Assembly (NCBI GenBank): GCA_049516875.1
Contig: JBEKSS010000008.1
Span: 34,433-98,432 of the forward strand
Source of the DNA: Candidatus Bathyarchaeia archaeon
GTDB taxonomy: Archaea > Thermoproteota > Bathyarchaeia > Bathyarchaeales > Bathycorpusculaceae
DNA length: 64,000 bases
Reading direction: 5' to 3'
The position numbers were made by a program, and so were the translations under genes. Every line of letters starts with the position of its first letter. The stretch's first letter is position 1. The notes under the pieces are model-generated. The model did no database searches, was not told where the DNA came from, and saw only the letters and a program-made list of their open reading frames with translations. Shown here one piece after another: positions 8,635 through 16,976 of the stretch.

Positions 8635-9780
8635 TTAGTATCCCTCTTGCACTATCGAGATGTAATAGTAGTTCGTTTTACCTATAAAGATGCCCCACTT
8701 TTTAGAAAAAATAGCACGAGACAAGGATATCCGATACCCGCCGTACATGTAACCTATTTCAATGATTTTCTTATCGAAAACGTACCATGGAATATCAAGC
8801 CTTAGACAGACCTCATCACGAATTATCGGAATCGACACAAGTTTTCCTGAAAGCTTAGCAAATTTCAGCCACGAAGATTTCAATAGTTCAAAAAATCTGC
8901 TATTTGAAATCAGGTTAGCTTCGTTCCAAAAGGCAAGATTCAATACCCGACCGACTTCATCCTGATTAATATGATATTTCGCGATTTCTTTCTGAATTAG
9001 ACCCAGAGAGACAAAAACTGAGAGTAAACTTCTAACGATTGCTTTCTGATTATCCATAATGGTTCTTTTAATCTCTTGCTTGGATTTTGATTCAATCCAT
9101 GAAGAAAGGCGTAGGTTGTCGGTCCAATTTCTTATTACACCTTTCTTCTTTAAGTCATTAAGAATTTTCTCGCGGGCTATTCTTTGGACGGCCTTAGTTG
9201 ATACCTCGATCTTCACACCTTTTCTAAGTAGCGATTGAGTCAGTTTGTCGATATCAGCTTCTTTACCAATCTCCTGTATAGTAGATAGAATTTCCCAAAG
9301 TCGGATATCTCTCTCTACGACTATTCGTTTAAACAAGTCCAGTGCATTTTTGCTTTGACTTATCCGAGATACATGCTCTTCGTTTATGATTTTTAGTAGT
9401 TTTCTTCCAAAAAATGTGAGCATCTCATATTGGTCTTGCTGTGAGACTAGATCAAATTGAATACAAGTAGGTAAGGCGAGTCCGTAAATTTGAGTTATAA
9501 GATACTTCTTGTTTGCTTTTCTCTTCTCATATGTTTGTCCTTCATAGTCGAGCGTTTTCCAATTCCTGATCTTTGCATCCACTCCATTCTGTTTGAGAAA
9601 GGTAAGGAATGCTGAAGGCAGTTCTCTATTGACTTTTTCTATTCGTCTTATTCTTTTTTGTCCAATTGTTCTCAAAACAATAGGTATGTGCCAGTCAACG
9701 CTGCCAAAGGAACTCTTTAGATTGGGTATATATTTGAATTTGTTATTATTTGGTGAAGATAAATCTGGCCTCAGAATCAA
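8635..9780 (-). CDS. Hypothetical basic protein with probable winged-helix domains
   Basis: 381 aa, abuts the ATPase gene. C-terminal VSIPIIRDEVC...NYYYISI is wHTH-like. Confidence 0.65.
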   Translation of the reverse strand: MILRPDLSSPNNNKFKYIPNLKSSFGSVDWHIPIVLRTIGQKRIRRIEKVNRELPSAFLTFLKQNGVDAKIRNWKTLDYEGQTYEKRKANKKYLITQIYGLALPTCIQFDLVSQQDQYEMLTFFGRKLLKIINEEHVSRISQSKNALDLFKRIVVERDIRLWEILSTIQEIGKEADIDKLTQSLLRKGVKIEVSTKAVQRIAREKILNDLKKKGVIRNWTDNLRLSSWIESKSKQEIKRTIMDNQKAIVRSLLSVFVSLGLIQKEIAKYHINQDEVGRVLNLAFWNEANLISNSRFFELLKSSWLKFAKLSGKLVSIPIIRDEVCLRLDIPWYVFDKKIIEIGYMYGGYRISLSRAIFSKKWGIFIGKTNYYYISIVQEGY

Positions 9781-9887
9781 ACTTTATCCACACCTATACT
9801 TAACATCAGCAATTTTAATCTATTCCCAAATCTTTGGCAAATCGGATAATCTTTCTGATCCAATCTTTTGTTGAAAGGTAAGCGCGC

Positions 9888-9965
9888 GCTGTTGGTGGTC
9901 TTGTCTACGTGGGATCCAATGATAACAGTACATACTGTCTGAACGCTGCTACTGGAACATTGGCC
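9888..9965 (+). pseudogene. Isolated PQQ-type beta-propeller repeat fragment
   Basis: AVGGLVYVGSNDNSTYCLNAATGTL, with no start of its own. Flanked by AGCGCGCGCT on both sides. Confidence 0.75.
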
Positions 9966-10088
9966 ATTCATCAACGACCGCTGCCCTTAGCGCGCGCTCA
10001 ATGTACTCGGCGTTTCAACAGGAAACCGGGTTGAACTGGCGCGCTCTTCATTTTCTGATTCTTTTCTGCCGTGCCAATATCTGATAAA

Positions 10089-10913
10089 TCATGCCAAGAG
10101 TATCTCTGCGGAGGTATACAGATTTGGCCAATATCTCTCCCATGTTCTGAATCCTGTGCCATGATTGTGATGGGTGCGAGCATTGAACTCTATTTGCAGC
10201 CATCCTTCTTTGATGCCAGCTAAGAATCTGGACAAGTCTGCACCTTGAAGTAACTGGGTCTTCCCAATTCTCATTTTCTGCTTTACACCTTCAGCTAACG
10301 TTTCCATTGAAACGTAAACCATGTTTCTTATCTTTTGACGAACCTTATTCCCCAAACCATCAAACGTCCAATATGGCACGGGTCGGAGATCACCCAATCC
10401 CACACGCCTTTGAACTTCCTCAAGCCAACCGCGATACTCTATCCTACCCGGAACTTTGGCGCTGTCAAAGTGCAGCTCCACTCTCTTCAATTCATCATTG
10501 ATAGTAGCAATGAACCCGCGTTCCGAAAAACCAGCGGCGTCAATGTCGATTCTCAAGCTTCGTTCCATCGGACCGTATTTCGGAATCGGCCAGCCATAGT
10601 CAACTAGAAGTTTAGGGATTACTTTTCCTGGATAGGGTTCAAAGCGAAACAGACTGATCAACGAGTTGCTGGTCGTCCTGTGGGTCTTCAGCTCAAATTC
10701 GCCGTAATCCGCTATCGGTATATTATTTTCTGGTATATGCAAAAGGTCCTCAAGGGTATTGCCGAGTCCGCCATCTTTATCTTGCCTATGGCTTGTAAGA
10801 GTTATCCACCCTCTCTCACGTATTTCCGAAAGACATTGAACCAATTCGTCTCTGGTATAGACCAATTCTCGCCTTTCTGGTATTTTCCTAGACCCAAAGA
10901 CCCATCTGTCCAC
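10089..10913 (-). CDS. MvaI/BcnI-family restriction endonuclease
   Basis: GGLGNTLEDLLHIPENN..ADYGEFELKT...HNHGTGFR. Confidence 0.85.
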   Translation of the reverse strand: MDRWVFGSRKIPERRELVYTRDELVQCLSEIRERGWITLTSHRQDKDGGLGNTLEDLLHIPENNIPIADYGEFELKTHRTTSNSLISLFRFEPYPGKVIPKLLVDYGWPIPKYGPMERSLRIDIDAAGFSERGFIATINDELKRVELHFDSAKVPGRIEYRGWLEEVQRRVGLGDLRPVPYWTFDGLGNKVRQKIRNMVYVSMETLAEGVKQKMRIGKTQLLQGADLSRFLAGIKEGWLQIEFNARTHHNHGTGFRTWERYWPNLYTSAEILLA

Positions 10914-11166
10914 CGTGAACCTCCCTCAACTATCCCAAGAACAAGTTCACAATGCTGACATTATCAGCATGAGTCCAGATATCATTTGCTGTTTCTGGTT
11001 TCGTTAAATCTTCGTTGGACCCGAGACCCTGTTAATCGTCGTGGAATAGCTATCAGCTTGTGTTTTTCGTTGTTCAATATGTGGTCTGATTCAGCGCGCG
11101 TGCCGCAAGAGACTTATCCAATGAAATGCATGGATGAACATCTCCAGACATTGTTGAGGTCTCCGT

Positions 11167-11427
11167 ATGTCTCCTCGAAATGCGAGATATCAAACACCTA
11201 CTTACATTGCTGATGCAATAAGGAGCAAACGCAAGAAACTGTTGTGCGGGCCACATTTCTGTCCAAAGTGCGGATTGGAGAAATTGCGAATCGAGGTAGA
11301 TAAGAAGAACAAGCAAGTCACTGCGGTGTGTAGTTGTGGCTTGGAACGTCAAATGAATTATGTTCCGGCTTTTGAAGGTGTAGACTACTACAACAGGTTT
11401 GCAGACGACTTCAAGAAACAGAAATAA
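11167..11427 (+). CDS. Elf1-like transcription elongation factor (Zn ribbon)
   Basis: Basic N-terminus, then FCPKCG...VDKK...VCSCGL...EGVDYYNRFAD. Confidence 0.7.
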   Translation: MSPRNARYQTPTYIADAIRSKRKKLLCGPHFCPKCGLEKLRIEVDKKNKQVTAVCSCGLERQMNYVPAFEGVDYYNRFADDFKKQK

Positions 11428-11551
11428 CGCGTCTAGTTGCATCGCGGTTTGCTTCTTCTTTTCTCACGATTGCGTATAGAACTAAATTTTATAAACTGAA
11501 CGTTCCTATTAGTGAAAGGGGACTGAAACGTCTATTCCTTCTGCGAGAGAT

Positions 11552-12235
11552 TTGGTTCAAGAAGCTGGTCGTTCAAATCCTTCGGCAGATGTGAATCAGT
11601 TACACGGTTTGACTTATCGGTTAATGCTAGAGTATAAGAAGAGATATTACGAGTCGAAGGTTGACGCTTTTCTTTCACGTATGAGCCTAGCGGATATTCC
11701 GAGTGAAACGAGGAGAAGGCTTAAACGAGAAATGGTCACGCCACTCGAAGCGAATGGAGTAGAATACGCTAACTTTATGGAAGAGGCTTCGAGACGTGTT
11801 AGTCAAACGTTCCAAGTTGTGAGCGGGAATATTGCGGAATTGTGTGCAGAAGGAGAACTAAACAGAGTCGGTCTAAGAGAGAACGTTCACTATAAGCGAA
11901 AAATCGAAAGAACCGATATTGTCGTGTATTTTCCGAATTTTCAGAACCAGAGAGGAAGACATAGAGTAGAGGTTAAGAATGTGAAACTTAGAGAAAGAGG
12001 AACAAGAGGATTAGCTTTCGATGGCGATTCAATGTTTGGGTTCTTTGATTCGCCTTCTGAATTTACTCAGTCTAATGTTGAAGTGATAGACGCTCAATGT
12101 TTGAGCACAAGAGGGTATTGCTATCTTCCACCTTCAACTCTTGACCAAATGCAGTATAGAGGGAATCGCTTTAGGCCCAATACACGATTCGCTCAAGATG
12201 TGCTCTATTTCACTCAAAATGGACATTTGCCTTAG
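11552..12235 (+). CDS. Type II restriction endonuclease (RER-motif, CCGG-family-like)
   Basis: SGNIAE...TDIVV...EVKNVKLRERG. Convergent with and overlapping the methyltransferase. Confidence 0.7.
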   Translation: MVQEAGRSNPSADVNQLHGLTYRLMLEYKKRYYESKVDAFLSRMSLADIPSETRRRLKREMVTPLEANGVEYANFMEEASRRVSQTFQVVSGNIAELCAEGELNRVGLRENVHYKRKIERTDIVVYFPNFQNQRGRHRVEVKNVKLRERGTRGLAFDGDSMFGFFDSPSEFTQSNVEVIDAQCLSTRGYCYLPPSTLDQMQYRGNRFRPNTRFAQDVLYFTQNGHLP

Positions 12236-13146
12236 CTTGGTCGCCAAAAGTCTAGGATATATTCGAATGTTGTTCCTAGAGTAATGTAGTTATTTGGATA
12301 ACCGAAAATTCCGACTTTATTAACTAGGTTTCTCCTATCCCAAATAATGATGTTTCTTAACTCATACCCTGCTTTTTGCATGTTTTCAATTAGGTAAAGG
12401 TGAATCGGAACACGTTTGTTTTCCCACCACAAATCTGTGACATTAATAACGCAATGTCCTTTTTTCCTCATTAAGGGTAAAATGCCGTGATAGATTTCTC
12501 CTATTGTCTGAGCGTATTTCTGTCCGTCCATAGTGCCTAAATCTCTTGGGTCTGTCGAATATTGTTGAACCTTTAGATAATGCTCATTCGTTCGCAAGTT
12601 TCCTCTTATGCTCTTGTTCTTTCTCGGTCTATTGAGTATGTTCGCATAAGGTGGCGAAGTCACACAGAGAGAAACAGTTTCTTCTTTCAAGTATTGCGGT
12701 ATGTTATGGGCTTCTTCACATATTGCAATTTGCTGGGTCTCTTGAATGAGCCGAGTTTGGGCAAGTCTTGATTTTGATGTTCTAATATATTCTTCTTTCA
12801 AGTCAAAACCAACAGCATTTCTGTGAACGTCTTGAGCGGCTAGCAAGGTCGTTCCAATTCCAACGAAAGGGTCTAAAACGAGTTCTCCTTTGTGAGTAAG
12901 TAACTCAATGCATTTTTTTGGAAGACCAATCGGAAAAACTGCGGGATGTATGTTCTTATCTCTGATGTCCCGTTTTTCATAGAAGAACTCCCAAATAGCC
13001 ACTTGGTCTTTAATCCACTCTTTTGCAGTAAGACAATTCATATGATTAGGTGGACAATTACAGATTCGAGTATGACCAATATTTAGAGGTTTGTCCACAT
13101 CAAGACTCTGAACCATCTTTTTTCCTTCTCTCAATTGAATAAGCAT
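12232..13146 (-). CDS. Amino DNA methyltransferase (likely m4C)
   Basis: HPAVFP, then DPFVGIGTT (motif I) preceding TSPPY (motif IV). Confidence 0.9.
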   Translation of the reverse strand: MLIQLREGKKMVQSLDVDKPLNIGHTRICNCPPNHMNCLTAKEWIKDQVAIWEFFYEKRDIRDKNIHPAVFPIGLPKKCIELLTHKGELVLDPFVGIGTTLLAAQDVHRNAVGFDLKEEYIRTSKSRLAQTRLIQETQQIAICEEAHNIPQYLKEETVSLCVTSPPYANILNRPRKNKSIRGNLRTNEHYLKVQQYSTDPRDLGTMDGQKYAQTIGEIYHGILPLMRKKGHCVINVTDLWWENKRVPIHLYLIENMQKAGYELRNIIIWDRRNLVNKVGIFGYPNNYITLGTTFEYILDFWRPS

Positions 13147-13235
13147 TTCTCTTCAATTTAAGGATTTGAAGCTGTTTGATGAATCGCCCTTTTTGGGCGC
13201 TAGTCCCTCCGCTCCGCCCTTATGCTGAAAACGCG

Positions 13236-14357
13236 CTACCTCCCTGTTCCTTTTTCTAACGTGTCTAGCAGTTTCACTGGGAAGTGTTTGATCTCTTTGT
13301 ACCTGTTTTTTCGGTATGTAAAATCTCTCTCATCTTTTTGCTCTAGGCTTTGTATCGTGGCTAAGAACTCGTCGAATATTGGCTCCATTATTTGTAGGAA
13401 GCTCCATCCTTTCTCTATCAAGATGTTGTTGTCAATCATTCCGGTTGAAGCGATGTCATGCCAAACCTGTAAGTGTATTGCATACTCTGTTAACCTGACA
13501 ACGTACAGCCCACGTTCAGGCACAGTTCTTTTAAGTTCTCGAAGGGTCTCAGGATCGATACCGGCGTTGGGTATGATGACATAACCAACATTAGCGTTCA
13601 ATCCCTTCATGTAATCTGCAACTTTCCTTATCTTGTCTCGTACAGATCTTAACTCCTCCGTGGTTACCTCATCAGCAACAATCTTCACTCTGTGATTGTC
13701 AACGAAAACATCAGGTTCATATTGGCCGATTTTCTCGTTGAATTTAATTTCCCCATTGTTTGACCAGAAGAGGGTTGTAATTTTCTTGACGCTTTGTTCG
13801 TGAACCATCTGGGCTGTTCGAGCCTCAGCCAGCTCTTCGAGCTGAACTCTAAGTGGGTCCCTCTCAAGATCGTCGATTTTCCGCTTGAGTGCTCTTGTTT
13901 CCTCTCGCATTTGGCTGTGTTCTCTTTGTTCAACCATTTGGAAAGCAGACTCAAGTTTCTCGGCGATGTTGCCTAGATGCTCTGCGGTTTCCCGGTAGAC
14001 CTCGGAGTTTCGATTCGTAATCTCTCTGAACGCGTTAGCGGTTGTTTCGCTCATCTTTCCATAGGTGTCCTTCAGCAAGTTCACGGCGTCATGAAGCCTT
14101 TCCGAATATTCCTGATAGAGTTTTTCTCTTAACTCTCTGGAGTCCGCGTCTTGTTTGTCCCTGATATGTTCTATCCTCTCCTCTATTCCCTGCAGACATT
14201 TCGTCCGTTCCTCTAGCATCGCTAGTTGGGTTAATACGTTCGTGTTTGGTCGCCGGATGGAAAACAACAACCTCAGTTTTCCTGTTCTTGCGTAAAAAAC
14301 GATCAACGCCGTGGACAGTACGCCTAGAGGTACAAGCAGCCACCACAACCATGACAT
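13236..14357 (-). CDS. RmuC-like protein (N-terminal TM, coiled coil, PD-(D/E)xK-like domain)
   Basis: MSWLWWLLVPLG anchor, long coiled coil, EPDVFV...IVADEV. Confidence 0.6.
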   Translation of the reverse strand: MSWLWWLLVPLGVLSTALIVFYARTGKLRLLFSIRRPNTNVLTQLAMLEERTKCLQGIEERIEHIRDKQDADSRELREKLYQEYSERLHDAVNLLKDTYGKMSETTANAFREITNRNSEVYRETAEHLGNIAEKLESAFQMVEQREHSQMREETRALKRKIDDLERDPLRVQLEELAEARTAQMVHEQSVKKITTLFWSNNGEIKFNEKIGQYEPDVFVDNHRVKIVADEVTTEELRSVRDKIRKVADYMKGLNANVGYVIIPNAGIDPETLRELKRTVPERGLYVVRLTEYAIHLQVWHDIASTGMIDNNILIEKGWSFLQIMEPIFDEFLATIQSLEQKDERDFTYRKNRYKEIKHFPVKLLDTLEKGTGR

Positions 14358-14652
14358 GTTTTTAGCCCCTTAAAATTCTTTCATGCAATTCTACATTTAA
14401 GCAATACAACGATATTCGTAGAATTATATAAATGTTGCGTTGTAGATTTGTAGGTTAGGTCGGTAAGCACCCGCGCGCGCCGTGGCTCATCTTCCAGAAA
14501 TATCGCTAAAATTGATTTCTCTCTTTTTTTCCAAGATTCTTTAGGGAAACTAGTGAAAAGCCTCAAAATCGCCTTCTTTTTTCCTCTAATGGCTGAATAT
14601 TCAATGATTCAACGAGAAGGCTTTTAATACGTTCTAACATTTTGTTATAACA

Positions 14653-14940
14653 ATGTGCTTGAATATGAAAAAAGAAATGGTTGAAGAGGGGATGGTGGTA
14701 ACTAAACCCAGGAAGGTCATTACCGTTGGACATAGCAAAGCGGTCACTCTTCCAAAAAAATGGCTAGACGTTCAGTTGTGGCTAGGAAAGGAAGTCATTG
14801 AACTTGCGAGCATCGGGAATAGTGCGGTCATATTCTGCAACCCTAAGGATGTACTCAAATGGAAAAACATCATCAAAAAAATCGAAGATCAACCTTTGTC
14901 CGCGCGCGCCGGTCTCAACCCACAAACTAAGAATTGTTAG
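14653..14940 (+). CDS. AbrB/MazE-like DNA-binding protein
   Basis: RKVITVGHSKAVTLPKKWL. Confidence 0.75.
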   Translation: MCLNMKKEMVEEGMVVTKPRKVITVGHSKAVTLPKKWLDVQLWLGKEVIELASIGNSAVIFCNPKDVLKWKNIIKKIEDQPLSARAGLNPQTKNC

Positions 14941-15074
14941 TTCGAGGAGTTGACCATGAACGGTGGGAAACTGAATCACAAAAATCTCTTTCTCTTCAAT
15001 TTTGGCATCGCCGTTCAAGACTGCTTGTTCATTCGAAGTTACTCGGTGATCTTTAAACGAAACCGAAAATCTAT

Positions 15075-15221
15075 CTATTGCTCACCCGTTTTCAGCCAGA
15101 GTTTTATGGCTTCTTGGACGGCCTGCCGTAAGGCTCCTTTCTTTCCCCTGAATCTTCTTACTACCTCCAACCTCAATTTTTGCTCAAGTTCATCGTCGAG
15201 CCTTACATTCAGCATTCCCAT
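15075..15221 (-). CDS. 48-aa ribbon-helix-helix regulator (below ORF-track cutoff)
   Basis: MGMLNVRLDDELEQKLRLEVVRRFRGKKGALRQAVQEAIKLWLKTGEQ. Confidence 0.85.
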   Translation of the reverse strand: MGMLNVRLDDELEQKLRLEVVRRFRGKKGALRQAVQEAIKLWLKTGEQ

Positions 15222-15330
15222 GTTAGACACTATACCACAATTCTATGACGCAACATTTAAGTATTTGGCTGACCAAATGTTGCATTGTGGAAATGTAGTA
15301 TTGTAGAGTTAGCGCAAAGGAAAAAGCAAA

Positions 15331-15366
15331 ACCAAGGGGGAGTCCGCCAAGACCGCACCCCTTGGT
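15331..15366 (+). promoter_or_regulatory. Hairpin in integrase leader
   Basis: ACCAAGGGG...GTC-CGCCAA-GAC...CCCCTTGGT, with a perfect 9-bp outer stem. Confidence 0.6.
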
Positions 15367-15382
15367 GTGGAACTGACCCGGT

Positions 15383-16852
15383 ATGATCGAATCAGGCCCC
15401 ACAAAAACAAATGGGAATAAAGAGGATAAAAACCTTTACTCGCATAACCTGCGACAGGTGTGTCCGAGATGTGGCTCGGAAGTGGATTCTTACAAAAACT
15501 ACGTCATAACGGGTCGGGGAGGCACAACTACACGAATATTTCTTTTCAAGTGTCCTAAGTGCAGAAAGGCCTGGAGAAAGGGGGAAGAGCTGGAGAGAGT
15601 TGAAGTCACTACAGAAAATTGCAAATCCAGACCTCTAACGAAAGCTAGAAAAGCGAAAAGTCTACGTAGGCAGGTTTCTCTGCAGCAGTTTGAAGAGATG
15701 CAAAAAAGGATGGAGCCAAAAGAAATTGCAACGCTCTTGTGTCAGCATTACGAGAAAGACGAAGATAAAGCCGTATGTCAAGCTTGCCGAAAGGCAATCG
15801 TTCGAATGAGGAATGAGGTTGAAAATCGTAAGAGGAAAAACCAAAGCTATTCAGCAATTGATGAGTTTGACGAGATCCCTGAAATTCAAAAGCTTATGAT
15901 AATGTTGAAACGGTGCAGTAAACCTATTCAGAGAAGTGTCAGAAACAGACTTTTCCGAATGTGGACGTGGATAAGAGAGTCAGGCAAAGATGAACTGGTG
16001 GAGTCTCAACGTCCTCAATTGTGGGGCAATGAACACATAGATTTCATAATAGCAAAATTAGCAGAGCTAAGGATCTCTGTGTACTCAGACATACAGGCCT
16101 TACGACGCCTGTTTGAGAGCATTGGTAAGCATGAGCTACTAAAAGATCGAAGGTTGAGAGCAAGTGCGAAAGATATGCGATCCCCGAACAACTCTGGGAA
16201 ACGAGCCTGCGATAGATTCACCCCTCAACAGGTTCCCCACATCTTGGATTTTGCCCATGATTTTGTCAATGATGAGAGCGACCCCTTTGCAATAAAGCTC
16301 CACATCACATTGAAGTGTAGGAATAAGGCTTTGTTTGGATTAGATTGGTCGAATGTCCGATGGGAAGATGATTTCTACGGGTTTTCCATTACAACGATTG
16401 ATGTTTACGAGTCCAAGGGCAAAGTGTGGTGGCGACATTGTCCGGTTGATCTTTGGTTTGGATCATTAAGCAAAGGGTTGAGAGAGCGATGGGAAAGGCT
16501 GGGATGCCCCCGCTCTGGCAAAATCATACCATTTGACAAGGGACACTATGGAAAGCTTTGGAAGCACATAAGTGAGAAAAACGGAACGAAACTGGAGCCA
16601 TATGATTGCCGCAGATCACCAAGCGGTTGGCTAAGAGACCTTTACTTAAGCGATCTTGCGATCGGTCAATACGACGCCAACACGGGAGAAGGCATAGGAT
16701 TCACTGGAAGTGGCTGGGAGAATCCAATGATTTTCTATACGAGATACGGTAAGATGAACCCTTTGGCAATTTACGATCGATCTAAAAGACTCGACATGAG
16801 CTTTTTTGACGGACTGATTCACAAGATCCTAGAGAACCATAAGCAAATCTAG
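15383..16852 (+). CDS. Tyrosine recombinase/integrase with N-terminal Zn ribbon
   Basis: CPRC/CPKC. LHITLKCR (R), ESK (K), YDCRR (HxxR variant), GW...TRY. Confidence 0.8.
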   Translation: MIESGPTKTNGNKEDKNLYSHNLRQVCPRCGSEVDSYKNYVITGRGGTTTRIFLFKCPKCRKAWRKGEELERVEVTTENCKSRPLTKARKAKSLRRQVSLQQFEEMQKRMEPKEIATLLCQHYEKDEDKAVCQACRKAIVRMRNEVENRKRKNQSYSAIDEFDEIPEIQKLMIMLKRCSKPIQRSVRNRLFRMWTWIRESGKDELVESQRPQLWGNEHIDFIIAKLAELRISVYSDIQALRRLFESIGKHELLKDRRLRASAKDMRSPNNSGKRACDRFTPQQVPHILDFAHDFVNDESDPFAIKLHITLKCRNKALFGLDWSNVRWEDDFYGFSITTIDVYESKGKVWWRHCPVDLWFGSLSKGLRERWERLGCPRSGKIIPFDKGHYGKLWKHISEKNGTKLEPYDCRRSPSGWLRDLYLSDLAIGQYDANTGEGIGFTGSGWENPMIFYTRYGKMNPLAIYDRSKRLDMSFFDGLIHKILENHKQI

Positions 16853-16976
16853 AAATACTGGAAGGATTAATCTTTTTTCTGGTTGATTTGCCTTTAGTGT
16901 AGAACATTTCAAGAATGGTTGAATGGAAAGACATTTTTGAATGGTTTTTAGACTTTATTTAAGACTAGGGCTGTTT

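Larger units (their letters stand above)
14430..15300. promoter_or_regulatory. Three copies of AAATGTTGCRTYRTRGAWWTGTRG operator-like motif
   Basis: 14430-14453 (+), 15235-15258 (-) and 15275-15298 (+). The last two form an inverted pair between the RHH gene and the integrase. Confidence 0.65.
1..16860. mobile_element. Integrated element / defence island (left end outside window)
   Basis: Terminal tyrosine recombinase with RHH and AbrB regulators. Dense nucleases, R-M genes and gene remnants. Visibly more AT-rich than the housekeeping region starting near 16,940. No att repeat identified. Confidence 0.8.

Noticed and set aside
14950-15306. 118-aa plus-strand ORF
   Set aside because: Antisense to the clear RHH gene at 15075-15221.
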